This document shows, one piece after another, positions 1 to 10,276 of a stretch of 64,000 nt of DNA. Made by a program: the position numbers and the translations under genes. The notes under the pieces were generated by a model, which was not told the origin of the DNA, did no database searches, and was given only the letters and a program-made list of their open reading frames with translations. Position 1 is the stretch's first letter. Each line of letters begins with the position of its first letter. The stretch lies in the IMG/VR virus record IMGVR_UViG_3300025168_018236, positions 2,610 through 66,609 of that record. The stretch is one strand, 5' to 3'. Source of the stretch: a virus.

Positions 1-1
1 G

Positions 2-1243
2 ATCTATCTTGATGCTGGTCTTACCATGTTTACCCGTGGTGCAAACGGACTTCCCGGTGGACCTGCAATTAAGGTTGATGAAACTGCCAAACTTCATGTC
101 GCTGGTATTTCTACAGATGCCGGAATCACCTTTGCAGACGGAACTCATGTAAGCACTGCGTCTGGTCTTGTTGGAGCAACTGGAGCAACTGGAGCAACAG
201 GTGCGGCAGGTAACAATGGTACAAATGGCAACACTGGTGCAACAGGGTCGGCAGGTAATAATGGTACAGATGGCAACACTGGTGCAACAGGGTCGGCAGG
301 TAATAATGGTACAGATGGCAACACTGGTGCAACAGGTGCAGCAGGCAATAATGGTACAGATGGCAACACTGGTGCAACAGGTGCAGCAGGAGATGCAGGT
401 GCCGCTGGTGCGACAGGATTCCCTCCCGGACTTCCTTACATTGCACTGACAGGCGCACTTGATGCAATTAACGCTGCCGGAAAATCTAAATTCCTATCAA
501 ACTCTGCTTCTTTCTTTAACACAGACAGTGATGGTTCGGGACTAACTGGATACTTTAATGGTGCCACTCGCGGTCGGTTGCATGTAGTATCACAAACCAA
601 CCCATCGAGTTTCCTTCTTTATGATTACATAAGTGTTGCTGAAGCATCCAACATATACACATTTACTGGATCTGTAGTTGCCGACAATGGTTTCAATCTT
701 GGAATTTCACCTTTCAATACCGGCAACTGTAGAATATTCTATGTAAATGATGGAGCAACAGGATCAACTGGTGCAGCAGGTAATAATGGTACAAATGGCA
801 ACACTGGTGCTACAGGTGCAGCAGGAGATGCAGGTGCCGCTGGTGCGACAGGAGCAACTGGTGCAGCAGGAGAAAATGGTGGAAATGTTGCACACTTTGT
901 AATCCAAGCATCATCTGGTATTTCTTCGGGTGCTAAGACAACAGCGTTACATTATGTTCCGTTCACATCAACTGCAACACAAGCAGGGATTCGGACAGGA
1001 AGAACAGGTGGAATCACTGCTTCGTTTGTCGTGGCAAATTACGGAGATCCGTTTGGAGATCCGACATCATCGACCAGAACAATTGCTACAGTTAATGCCG
1101 CAACCGCGTCACATGGAGCAACTACATCTACTATGAGTAGTGCATCCATTACAGCAGGAAGTTATATTTACATGAACATCGATGGAATATCATACCCCGG
1201 TATAACAGGGATTCAGGGATTCTTAGTTTATGGGAGAGATTGA
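2..1243 (+). CDS. Collagen-like tail-fibre/virion protein, probably 5'-truncated by the window edge
   Basis: The frame is open from nt 2 up to the ATG at 26. It has two G-X-Y tracts rich in GAT/GNT and a GIS.D.GITF.DGTH motif shared with the 57885 fibre. Confidence 0.7.
   Translation: MYLDAGLTMFTRGANGLPGGPAIKVDETAKLHVAGISTDAGITFADGTHVSTASGLVGATGATGATGAAGNNGTNGNTGATGSAGNNGTDGNTGATGSAGNNGTDGNTGATGAAGNNGTDGNTGATGAAGDAGAAGATGFPPGLPYIALTGALDAINAAGKSKFLSNSASFFNTDSDGSGLTGYFNGATRGRLHVVSQTNPSSFLLYDYISVAEASNIYTFTGSVVADNGFNLGISPFNTGNCRIFYVNDGATGSTGAAGNNGTNGNTGATGAAGDAGAAGATGATGAAGENGGNVAHFVIQASSGISSGAKTTALHYVPFTSTATQAGIRTGRTGGITASFVVANYGDPFGDPTSSTRTIATVNAATASHGATTSTMSSASITAGSYIYMNIDGISYPGITGIQGFLVYGRD
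209..388 (+). repeat. Four tandem 45-bp repeats encoding collagen units (GNNGT[N/D]GNTGATG[S/A]A)
   Basis: Near-identical ggtaataatggtacagatggcaacactggtgcaacagg units at 209, 254, 299 and 344. A further copy plus the GDAGAAGATG flank recurs at ~779-853. Confidence 0.9.
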
Positions 1244-1246
1244 TAG

Positions 1247-2389
1247 ATGGCACTGACTAATTTTTTCCTATCACCAGATGGAGCAGGATCGAAAGACGGT
1301 TCGGATATCGATAACGCATTCCAAGCGATTACCAGTGGAGATTGGACCTCTAGTCTCGATTCACAGACATTGCAAGATCGAAAGTGGATATGGTTAGGGG
1401 GAACGTACAACTGTACGACTCAACTTGTTACTTCGGCAACTGCTCCTACTGCTGCCGCACCAATGCAATGGGTTGGTGCTGATTCGTCTGGTAATATTCT
1501 TCGTCCAAAGTTTGATGAAACTGGTATGAGTCTAGATCTTACCAACTACCCAAAATTTATTTGCAGTGAAAATGTAGAAATGATTTTCACCCATGAACAT
1601 ACTTCGTATAAGTGTTTATCTTTTGAAAACACAAGTGCGTCTTTTAGTAAAAGTGGTATCATAGAAAATACCGCTGGTGATCTTGATGTTCAATTATGGA
1701 CTGGTTGCTTTTTCAAAGTCGCAACATCAAACAGCACTGGTGTCGAGGTCTTAACAATGAGTAACTCAAATTTAAGCATGTGTGAAGTTGTGTTGGATTC
1801 CGGACCATTTTCTTCCTTGGCACGCTTACTTAGCGGTGGAATGTGTGAGAATTGTCGCTTCAGGGGACCGGGGACTTCGTCCGATAGTGGAAACGAGGGT
1901 GGTATGAGGATAAATAGTGGTAATATTAACATAACAAACACGGTAATTTATAATGTTCCGGGATCAGGTATATTCCATGAAAGCACAAACGATAGACAGT
2001 CAATTCAAGTTCAGGGTTGCTCTATTATAAACTGTGGTGAAAATGGTATCGATACCACCAGTATAGACGGTACAAACATTGCATCAAGAGGAGCGGCGAT
2101 GGAGTGTTGTATTATTTTTAACTGTGCAAATGGAATCGTTGCCGCTGCTGAAGATGGCAGGCAACCCGGCGCACAATACGCTGCGATGGGATCTAACACT
2201 GCTAACTTTAGCAACATGGATTCATATGAAGACTTCGTTGATGTCGTTGCAATCACCACTGCTGATTTTGTTGATTATGCCAACAATGATTTCAGAATTA
2301 GAAGAGACTCTGTTTTATATAAGATTTTGGGAGGTAAGAATATGGGTGCGTTACAAAATGAAGATTACGAATTTGTGGGTGTATCATGA
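1247..2389 (+). CDS. Right-handed beta-helix (pectin-lyase-like fold) protein, possible tailspike/depolymerase
   Basis: N-terminal FLSPDGAGSKDGS...NAF, repeated N/C-I-x-N ladders (NTVIYN, GCSIINC, CCIIFNC) and C-terminal FVDYANNDFRI...MGALQ, all typical of beta-helix proteins. Confidence 0.6.
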   Translation: MALTNFFLSPDGAGSKDGSDIDNAFQAITSGDWTSSLDSQTLQDRKWIWLGGTYNCTTQLVTSATAPTAAAPMQWVGADSSGNILRPKFDETGMSLDLTNYPKFICSENVEMIFTHEHTSYKCLSFENTSASFSKSGIIENTAGDLDVQLWTGCFFKVATSNSTGVEVLTMSNSNLSMCEVVLDSGPFSSLARLLSGGMCENCRFRGPGTSSDSGNEGGMRINSGNINITNTVIYNVPGSGIFHESTNDRQSIQVQGCSIINCGENGIDTTSIDGTNIASRGAAMECCIIFNCANGIVAAAEDGRQPGAQYAAMGSNTANFSNMDSYEDFVDVVAITTADFVDYANNDFRIRRDSVLYKILGGKNMGALQNEDYEFVGVS

Positions 2390-2652
2390 AACCAGCAGCA
2401 AGAGTAGGTGATCAGTGTGCTGGTCAGATAGTCACAGGAGCAAATTCTGTTTTTATAGAAGGGATGCCTGCCGCACACCTTGGTAGCATGGTTTCACCTC
2501 ATCCATATAAAGATCACATTCACACCGTGAGTATTGTCACAGGTTCAAACAGTGTTTTTGTGGAAGGAAAACCACTCGCCCGACTAGGAGACCAAGCGGG
2601 ATGTGGAGTACATAAAATAACATCAGCAGCAAGTTCTGTTACAGGAGATTAA
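2386..2652 (+). CDS. PAAR spike-tip protein (T4 gp5.4-like)
   Basis: PAARVGD, PAAHLG and PLARLGD repeats with His/Cys metal ligands; lies near gp25. Confidence 0.93.
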   Translation: MKPAARVGDQCAGQIVTGANSVFIEGMPAAHLGSMVSPHPYKDHIHTVSIVTGSNSVFVEGKPLARLGDQAGCGVHKITSAASSVTGD

Positions 2653-2654
2653 AT

Positions 2655-3494
2655 ATGCCAGTTTTTACAAGACCACTATTAGACGTTACAGGATGCGACA
2701 TTCCGTCGCTCGATTTATCGACCGCCGAGAAATCAATCATGGAATTGGTTGGTTCTGAAGATGGTGCATTTCAAAATCCAATCGAAGACGCGATGAGTAG
2801 CGTTCAAGGTTCTATTGGGAATGCTCTCGCAGGAATCAATACCGGTCTGGGTGTTACCTTCACTGATGGTAGCGGTAGTCCAGTAACCGACGCGAACGGG
2901 AACCCACTGACCACTTTTGGATTTTTATCACAGGAACTAGGAACACTCAACGGACAAGTTGATTCCTTCAGGATTCATAGCGACCGACTCAGTGGGGTGA
3001 GTATCGCAGATGCCTTTGGTTCTGACACATATGGACCCGGTGGTATCCAAGGCGAGTATCCCGGTCTAGGTGGTCTTCACTCCGTTGCATCACAATTCAA
3101 TACACTAAAAGAAACATTAAGGGATCCTGCTCAGGCGGCAGAGGATCACTACTCCCCCATCTTCAACAGTTTGTTTGGACCGGGAGATGACATGATGAGA
3201 TCCATACAATCTCTGGTAGACGGAGACGTTGCAAACTTTATGACAAATTTCCCAACCGGAGGAAATGATTCCCTCGCAGAACTTTCATCACTCGGAGCAA
3301 ACATTGCAGATCTCCAAGCAAGTATTCCAGCGTTAATCAACGACGATAATCTACAATTTGAGTTCGCATTGGACTTTATTGCAAAACAAACAACCGGACT
3401 TAGCGTTCTATCCATGTTGGATGAACCATGTTTCGGAACTCGCCTGTTAGGAAAAATAGGTAGTCCAGATTTTAAAGGTATTGCTGGTTTATAA
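2655..3494 (+). CDS. Hypothetical protein in the baseplate region
   Basis: 279-aa ORF between PAAR and gp25; no recognised motif. Confidence 0.6.
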   Translation: MPVFTRPLLDVTGCDIPSLDLSTAEKSIMELVGSEDGAFQNPIEDAMSSVQGSIGNALAGINTGLGVTFTDGSGSPVTDANGNPLTTFGFLSQELGTLNGQVDSFRIHSDRLSGVSIADAFGSDTYGPGGIQGEYPGLGGLHSVASQFNTLKETLRDPAQAAEDHYSPIFNSLFGPGDDMMRSIQSLVDGDVANFMTNFPTGGNDSLAELSSLGANIADLQASIPALINDDNLQFEFALDFIAKQTTGLSVLSMLDEPCFGTRLLGKIGSPDFKGIAGL

Positions 3495-3496
3495 AG

Positions 3497-3504
3497 CATA
3501 GATA
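3497..3504 (+). promoter_or_regulatory. Putative late promoter CATAGATA
   Basis: Variant of T4 TATAAATA, 7 nt upstream of the gp25 ATG; similar motifs precede other late genes. Confidence 0.5.
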
Positions 3505-3511
3505 CTAAGAC

Positions 3512-3892
3512 ATGGCAAAATATAGCGACATAGATTTAAACTTTTTGAGGAACCCCGTCACGAACGATGTGTCTATCCTTCAGGATGCTGCGTCTATTAA
3601 GGCGGCGGTGAAAAATTTAATTCTGACAGATGCAGGTGAAAGACCATTCAATCCGACACTGGGTTCTTCTATCCGAGGACTTTTATTTGAACCAGCATCG
3701 CCAATTATTGCGAGTGAAATTGAAGCAAGAATTAGAACTGTTCTAAGAAACTTTGAACCTAGAGTTAAGATACTTCAAGTTAATGTCGTAGCAATATTTG
3801 ATAGAAATGAATTTGAAGTAACTATTGGATTTAGAATGACTGGCGATACGAGAACTACGGTAGTTCCAATAACACTTAAGAGGTTAAGGTAA
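3512..3892 (+). CDS. gp25: Baseplate wedge subunit gp25
   Basis: YSDIDLNF..NP, GERPFNPTLGS and FEPRV motifs; synteny. Confidence 0.93.
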   Translation: MAKYSDIDLNFLRNPVTNDVSILQDAASIKAAVKNLILTDAGERPFNPTLGSSIRGLLFEPASPIIASEIEARIRTVLRNFEPRVKILQVNVVAIFDRNEFEVTIGFRMTGDTRTTVVPITLKRLR

Positions 3893-5811
3893 TGGCGACA
3901 AACAGAAAAAACTTATCAGTTAACTCTATAGAATTTGAAGATATTAAAACGAACCTAAAGAATTTTCTCAAAGGTCAAACCGAGTTTAAAGACTACGACT
4001 TTGAGGGATCTGGTATGGCAGTCCTCATTGATCTTCTTGCATATAACACATACTACCAAGGTTTTTACAACAATGTCGTCGCTAACGAAATGTTCTTGGA
4101 CAGTGCTGTCAAAAGAGCATCAGTGGTATCACTTGCAAAGAGTCTTGGTTACACACCAAACTCAAAAACCGCACCAACAGCAATTGTAGATGTGACTCTC
4201 GCAGAAGATCCAGTATCCAATATTCTCCTTCCGGGCGCACAATTCATTACAACCGTGAACGGCAAATCTTTTACTTTTGTAAACACAAAATCAGCAGAAA
4301 TTAACTGGACAAGTGCAACCACTCCGGCGATCACAAATCTAAACATCAAAGAGGGATCTCTGTCTAGTGCAACTTATGTTGTTCCTGACACCGATAACAA
4401 TAGAAAGTATAAAATCAATGATATCGACGCTGACATATCCACAGTAAGTGTAAGAGTCCAAAACTCCCAGACAGATACCACTGGTCTCACAGACACATGG
4501 TCGAGGGCAGGTGATCTCACTGAAATAACCAGTTCATCAAAAACATACTGGATAGAGGAAAACACATCCGGAGAGTTTGAGATTTATTTTGGCGATAATG
4601 TTATTGGAGAAAAACTAGAAACGGGCAACCTAATAACAATCACATATTTAATTACAAATTCCACTGCTGCTAATGGGGCGGGAAATGGAGATAGTGCAAC
4701 TAGTAGAGCGTTTAGTTACCTTAATGCGGCAAACACCGTAGAAGTTAAATCAATTGCCTCTGGAGGAACTGATTTAGAAACAGTTGATGCTATCAGATTT
4801 AAAGCACCCAGAGCATTTACCTCACAGAATAGAGCAGTGACAAAAAATGACTACTCATCTCTTGTAGAATCGAACTTTACTGGTTTTGATTCTGTCTTCG
4901 TGTATGGAGGAGAAGAAGCAGATCCGCCAACATTTGGAAGTGTGTTTATAGCACTCAAACCCAGTATTGGTACAATTGTCAGTGACGCTGTTAAAAATGA
5001 AGTAAAAAATTTCTTAAAGACAAAAGCAGTTTTATCAATCACTCCTACTATTGTTGATCCAGATTACACTTATCTTAGATTAACAGCGGATGTTCTTTAT
5101 GATAGCACAAAAACAACATTATCGGTAGATTCGATCAGTGCTGCCGTTCGTAGTAATATAATCACTAATCTACAAAACAACTTAGGAAAATTTGATCAAT
5201 CCTTCGCAATATCAAAACTTCTAACAGATATTGATTCTGCATCATCCGCGATTGATTCGTCCGCAATTGAAGTGTTGATGGAAAAAAGAATTCTTCCAAC
5301 ATCAATCAAAAATGTATCATATATTCTGTCTTTCGGAAATTCGATAGATCACCCACACGATGGGCATAAAAATGTTGTTACCTCTAACACGTTTAGATAC
5401 TTAGATCCAACGGACAGCGTAACCAAGGACGTTTTTGTAGGAGATGATGGATTTGGAAATATATCTTTCTTTACCAAAGACGGTGTTACTAATGTATTAG
5501 TTTTACAGAATGCTGGAACAGTTGATTATGGAAATGGGATTGTTAGGATAGATCAAGTTCAAATATCCTCTCCTGTAGATTCCCCAGAAATCAAAATATT
5601 TGCAGTAGCAAAAAATCAAAGATATGTTTCTGTCCGCGACAAAATTATTTTTAATGATTACGCCATTGACACCTCTGCCATAACAATCAGAACAAACGGT
5701 ATTGTTCAAACCACATCAACCAGAAGTTCAACTTCAAGCACTCTCGGATCCTCACAGACGAATTCGTCTAGCACCTCAACGTCTAGCAGTTCAAGTGGTT
5801 CTGGGTATTAA
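3892..5811 (+). CDS. gp6: Baseplate wedge subunit gp6
   Basis: FKDYDFEGSG, LAYNT, EMFLDSA, LGYTP and QNRAVT..DY motifs. Confidence 0.95.
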   Translation: MATNRKNLSVNSIEFEDIKTNLKNFLKGQTEFKDYDFEGSGMAVLIDLLAYNTYYQGFYNNVVANEMFLDSAVKRASVVSLAKSLGYTPNSKTAPTAIVDVTLAEDPVSNILLPGAQFITTVNGKSFTFVNTKSAEINWTSATTPAITNLNIKEGSLSSATYVVPDTDNNRKYKINDIDADISTVSVRVQNSQTDTTGLTDTWSRAGDLTEITSSSKTYWIEENTSGEFEIYFGDNVIGEKLETGNLITITYLITNSTAANGAGNGDSATSRAFSYLNAANTVEVKSIASGGTDLETVDAIRFKAPRAFTSQNRAVTKNDYSSLVESNFTGFDSVFVYGGEEADPPTFGSVFIALKPSIGTIVSDAVKNEVKNFLKTKAVLSITPTIVDPDYTYLRLTADVLYDSTKTTLSVDSISAAVRSNIITNLQNNLGKFDQSFAISKLLTDIDSASSAIDSSAIEVLMEKRILPTSIKNVSYILSFGNSIDHPHDGHKNVVTSNTFRYLDPTDSVTKDVFVGDDGFGNISFFTKDGVTNVLVLQNAGTVDYGNGIVRIDQVQISSPVDSPEIKIFAVAKNQRYVSVRDKIIFNDYAIDTSAITIRTNGIVQTTSTRSSTSSTLGSSQTNSSSTSTSSSSSGSGY

Positions 5812-5824
5812 TAGGAGATAACCC

Positions 5825-8314
5825 GTGCCTTTAAACATTTTTGGTGGGTCACTTCTCCTACCGTTAAGAATTGATGGATACACTTTTGATAAACTTCCGT
5901 ATGATCCGGCAGTTGATGAACGCTTTTCTACACAACTAAAAGACCAACTTCCAGATTTCGTTCTAGAAAACTACGAGACATTTGTTCAATTTGTAGAAGC
6001 GTATTATGAGTGGTCTGAGCAACATGGAAACCCAAGAGCAGAGGGTGTAAGATTAGGAACATACAGCGATATTGATGAAACACTTGATAGTTTCTTAGAA
6101 TATTTCCGAAACACATATATCAAAGATTTCCCTTATCAGTTGGCAGACGGCACCAACGAAAAAACTCTAATCAAAAATGTTGGACACATGTATAAAGCAA
6201 AGGGTTCCAAAGCATCCTTTGACTTATTATTTCGTGTTCTGTTTAACACAACAATTGAAGTTGACTACCCCAAAGATAGAATTTTAAAATTATCTGCAAG
6301 CACTTTTGATGACAGACAGTTCATAAGAATTGCTCCTATGTTTTCTGTAGAAGAAGCACTAACAATAAAAAATAGTTTACTTGTTCAGAAAAGTCCAATA
6401 AATAAAGAAATCTATGCGACTGCTTTAATTGATAATGTCAATTATGTACATGAGGGATCGGTTGATTTCTTCTCTCTTGCTGTACAAGACATATCAGGAA
6501 CTTTTACAACAGAAAACCCAGTAGAAGTTACCACATCAGGGTCAACCTCTGCGGCATATACCATTCCAGTTTTACCAACTCTCGATTCTTTAAGAATTAA
6601 TACAGGCGGAACGGGGTATGAACTTGGTGATGATGTTACAGTCAGCGACCAATACGGAAACGCACTACTGAGAGCAAGTATCAATAACGTCGGACCACGC
6701 GGAGATATTCGTGGGTTCGAGTACAAAGAAAACTTTGGAGTATATCGATCAAACGAAAGTCTTGCATTTTCCTTTGAAACTTTCAGCGGAACAGGTGCAA
6801 GTTTATCTGGTCTAGGTGAAGTTGTTCTTACTGATGGACCTGACACATACAAAGATGATACCGGAAAACTTAGTGGTCGTTCCTTCATACAGGATAGTTT
6901 CTTCTATCAAAACTATTCTTATATTATCAGAGTCAATAAGAGTTTACAACAATTTGCCGACGCAGTTCGTCGCTTAGTTCACCCATCAGGAACTTTGATG
7001 TTTGCGGAATACATCAACGAGGTTTCTATGTCTGGTGATGCGGGAGTGACTTCAGATTCGTTCACAAGACACACTCCGATAATTGGTCACTACTTACCAC
7101 ACACATTCGGGACCACCATTGACCCAAGAGGATTTACATTCACAACCGGTGCAGGTTCAACTTTCTTTGATTTTTATCCCCTTGGATATAATGGACAAGA
7201 TGGAAGCACGACAGAAGACTTTTTCCAACTCGCACTTTCAAGTGGAACATATGGAACTCCTCACCTTTTTCCTGAAAATGAAATCATACACGCTCCAGAC
7301 ACAATTCGTGTTAGAAATCATAACGCATCGTTCGTTTCCCAAAGTGCCGAATGGGATAAGGCAGAAATCAATAGAATTCAGGCGGGCGGAGCATTTGGAT
7401 GTACAGGATACATCGGAGCAACATCAGATTCAAACGGAGAACATGTCGGTTTGTTTGGATTTTTCCCCGTAGGAAGTTCAAGAACAAACACCATAAACAC
7501 CAACAGCACCAGATTCGGAACATATGTCAAACACTATGGAGGTTATACTTCCCCAAGTGAGACCAGTTTGTCTGGTGGATTCTCTGGTGGACAAGTTACT
7601 ATGGTTGGTGGGACCGACTCCGCAACTGCTGATTACTGGATTGTACACAGACACCCTGCTCACCTTGAGTTACCGACTTTGGGTCCGACCGGCGAAAGAA
7701 ATATTGTTAGTATTCCAATGAAACCAGTGCTAGTTGGGAATGAAACCATATCCACAATCACACCAACGACTGATGGATATTATTATAATATAGGAAGAGG
7801 ACTTACTCTAAACGGAACACCATATCAAATTGGAGAAGTTGTAACACAAACTAGAAACAATGAACCAATCGCAATAGGTAGAGTAATTAATTACACTGCA
7901 TCAGCATCCCACCAAGGGAACGGCGAACAATATTTCAATATAGGAATTGACACATTAAACATTGAAGTATTGAATGGTCGGTTTACAAAGGGTCTGTTAG
8001 CGGCAGACTTCAACCAAGATGGCAAAGTAGATGGAGCAGACCTTGTAGGTGTTCTCTCTGCATACGGAGATACTGGTGGAACCGCCGATCTTAACAAAGA
8101 TGGATTGGTGGATGGTGGAGATCTCGCTCTTCAATTATCGGCATGGTATCAGACACCAACACCAATAATTGGTGAGACTTCAGGTGGAGCAAGACTCGTC
8201 GATCCCTCATTCGATGGCACACTATATACTAGTATAACGCATGATACAAGTTGGATGGATGTTCCTATCAGCATAATGGTAAACGATATCGAATACAGTA
8301 ATACAACAAACTGA
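5825..8314 (+). CDS. Baseplate wedge protein, gp7-like, with an inserted dockerin-like tandem
   Basis: QLPDFV..Y..FV.F..AYYEW, YKAKGS..SF..LFR.LF and IQDSFFYQNYSY...LVHPSG motifs; lies between gp6 and gp8; GTG start after AGGAG. Confidence 0.8.
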   Translation: MPLNIFGGSLLLPLRIDGYTFDKLPYDPAVDERFSTQLKDQLPDFVLENYETFVQFVEAYYEWSEQHGNPRAEGVRLGTYSDIDETLDSFLEYFRNTYIKDFPYQLADGTNEKTLIKNVGHMYKAKGSKASFDLLFRVLFNTTIEVDYPKDRILKLSASTFDDRQFIRIAPMFSVEEALTIKNSLLVQKSPINKEIYATALIDNVNYVHEGSVDFFSLAVQDISGTFTTENPVEVTTSGSTSAAYTIPVLPTLDSLRINTGGTGYELGDDVTVSDQYGNALLRASINNVGPRGDIRGFEYKENFGVYRSNESLAFSFETFSGTGASLSGLGEVVLTDGPDTYKDDTGKLSGRSFIQDSFFYQNYSYIIRVNKSLQQFADAVRRLVHPSGTLMFAEYINEVSMSGDAGVTSDSFTRHTPIIGHYLPHTFGTTIDPRGFTFTTGAGSTFFDFYPLGYNGQDGSTTEDFFQLALSSGTYGTPHLFPENEIIHAPDTIRVRNHNASFVSQSAEWDKAEINRIQAGGAFGCTGYIGATSDSNGEHVGLFGFFPVGSSRTNTINTNSTRFGTYVKHYGGYTSPSETSLSGGFSGGQVTMVGGTDSATADYWIVHRHPAHLELPTLGPTGERNIVSIPMKPVLVGNETISTITPTTDGYYYNIGRGLTLNGTPYQIGEVVTQTRNNEPIAIGRVINYTASASHQGNGEQYFNIGIDTLNIEVLNGRFTKGLLAADFNQDGKVDGADLVGVLSAYGDTGGTADLNKDGLVDGGDLALQLSAWYQTPTPIIGETSGGARLVDPSFDGTLYTSITHDTSWMDVPISIMVNDIEYSNTTN

Positions 8315-8321
8315 AAGTAAT

Positions 8322-10268
8322 ATGGCAGATCTATCAAGTAATCTTAAAGTTTTTCTCGCACGCGAACTCCAGAGACAATTTTCGTCTTTAGATAATAGCG
8401 TTGCTTTATTCATTTCTGGTGCCAGTAGCACTACCACTAAGGGTTCTCTTGCTAGTGGACTAGTGGATAATAGTATTGAAAAAGAACTAGACACCCGAAG
8501 ACAACTACAAACTGCCAAAATATTAACCGACTCCTCAATCGCATTGATGATCCCACGGGTCAATTGGACATCAGGCATAATCTATCAAACCTATTCACTT
8601 AGTGCGGATAATTCAACTAGAAACTTTTACGTTTATACAACAGATGGAAATATCTACGTTTGCATCTCCAATGGTGGAGGAAAACAATCATTAGAGGAAC
8701 CAACCAGTACAGGAACTAGTTTAGAATATCTCGGAAACGGATATGTTTGGAAGTTTATGTGTAAGGTTCCATCTGATCTTATTGATTTTATAGACTCCGA
8801 ATATATTCCAATTAAAGAATTACCCATATACGACAATAAACCGTTTGCATATGGTTCCGAAGACAAACAATTACAATATGCGGTACAGTACACTTCTAGT
8901 GGGAGTGTTGTTGACTCTATAGATGTATCTACACAAGGAAGTGAATATGCCCAAACGATAAAATCATCGAATGGTCATATAGCAGTCCGCTCCGACATAA
9001 ACACTGTTACCCTTGATAACCGAGCAAGCGGAAGCAACGACATATACAATGAATACACGATTAGAATAGTAAATGGAACTGGTGTTGGTCAGTTTAGAAA
9101 AATTACAGCATATGATGGTTCACTGAAAATAGCAACCGTAGAATCAAACTGGAGTGTTCTCCCAGATTCTACTAGTTTATATGAAATAATTCCCACAATC
9201 AATATAACAGGTGACGGCACCAATGCAACTGCCTTTGCAAAAATGCATTCATACGCAGCAAACACAATAGACGCAGTAGTCGTTGCAAATGGAGGTTCTA
9301 ATTATAGCACTGCCTCCGCCACGGTTTCTCCAACAGCAAGTCCTACTGCAACTGTTCTTTCTGTTTACGTCAATCCCATTGGGGGTGTTGGTCGTGATAC
9401 TGTTTTTGATCTTCTGGCAAAAAGAATTTCTATTCTTATAAAAATCGATGGAAGAGAAAATTTTCGTGCCGTTCTTGGAAATGACTATAGAGAGTATGGA
9501 CTTTGGTTGTCTCCCAAAATTGGAGCGGGTTACACAAAAGCAGGAAAAATTGCTGGAACTGATGCATATATCAGAACCACTGTAGATCTAGAGTCAAGCA
9601 CCGGACAAACATTTGATGATATATTCACATCGGGTGGAGAATTTTTATTCGGAACCGAATCTTACAATACCGGCAAAGTTGCAAACGTAACGAATGCATT
9701 TACAAAATTTAGTCCCACTCTTGGAAAAGTTATACTAGATGGATTAAATTCTAGACTAAAAAACGGAGAAACCATTCACACGTTTACAACAGACTCCTCT
9801 TCGGGTGGGTATACCTTTACTGGAAAAACGGCAAAAGTTAAGAACACTTTATTAGAGGACTCTATTAGATCTTCCTTCACTGAAGTATACAGGTGTTCAC
9901 ATAAACTAGGAGTTAGTAGAACAGATGGATTCTCATTCGATCCCGGAACACCCTACACATCCATACCTTTCGATGCAGCAGCAACTGGGGGTAGTGGTGG
10001 GAGAGGAATCGTCCTTGATTTCACCAACATAAATGGTGGCAGTGGGGATGTTTTCTTAAGTAATGTTGTTTCCGGATCTTCATCTAATACAACCGGTTTT
10101 ATTGCTGGAGAAACTTTAGCAGTAAATAATTTAGAACTAGATATTACTAGTGTTTCTCCCCCAGAATTGAATTTGTTTTCTGGGAAAATGTTATACATAA
10201 ATGATATAGAACAAGTAACAAGGAACGCAGAGCAACTTGATTTGTTTAAAATTAATTTTGACTTCTAA
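8322..10268 (+). CDS. gp8: Baseplate wedge subunit gp8
   Basis: IPRVNWTSG..Y, FYVYT...YVCISN, GYVWKFM and C-terminal SGKMLYIND...R motifs. Confidence 0.88.
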   Translation: MADLSSNLKVFLARELQRQFSSLDNSVALFISGASSTTTKGSLASGLVDNSIEKELDTRRQLQTAKILTDSSIALMIPRVNWTSGIIYQTYSLSADNSTRNFYVYTTDGNIYVCISNGGGKQSLEEPTSTGTSLEYLGNGYVWKFMCKVPSDLIDFIDSEYIPIKELPIYDNKPFAYGSEDKQLQYAVQYTSSGSVVDSIDVSTQGSEYAQTIKSSNGHIAVRSDINTVTLDNRASGSNDIYNEYTIRIVNGTGVGQFRKITAYDGSLKIATVESNWSVLPDSTSLYEIIPTINITGDGTNATAFAKMHSYAANTIDAVVVANGGSNYSTASATVSPTASPTATVLSVYVNPIGGVGRDTVFDLLAKRISILIKIDGRENFRAVLGNDYREYGLWLSPKIGAGYTKAGKIAGTDAYIRTTVDLESSTGQTFDDIFTSGGEFLFGTESYNTGKVANVTNAFTKFSPTLGKVILDGLNSRLKNGETIHTFTTDSSSGGYTFTGKTAKVKNTLLEDSIRSSFTEVYRCSHKLGVSRTDGFSFDPGTPYTSIPFDAAATGGSGGRGIVLDFTNINGGSGDVFLSNVVSGSSSNTTGFIAGETLAVNNLELDITSVSPPELNLFSGKMLYINDIEQVTRNAEQLDLFKINFDF

Positions 10269-10276
10269 GGAATAAA

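Noticed and set aside
209-418. Regular 45-bp repeats as a possible CRISPR array
   Set aside because: The repeats are contiguous and in frame, have no unique spacers, and encode collagen triplets.
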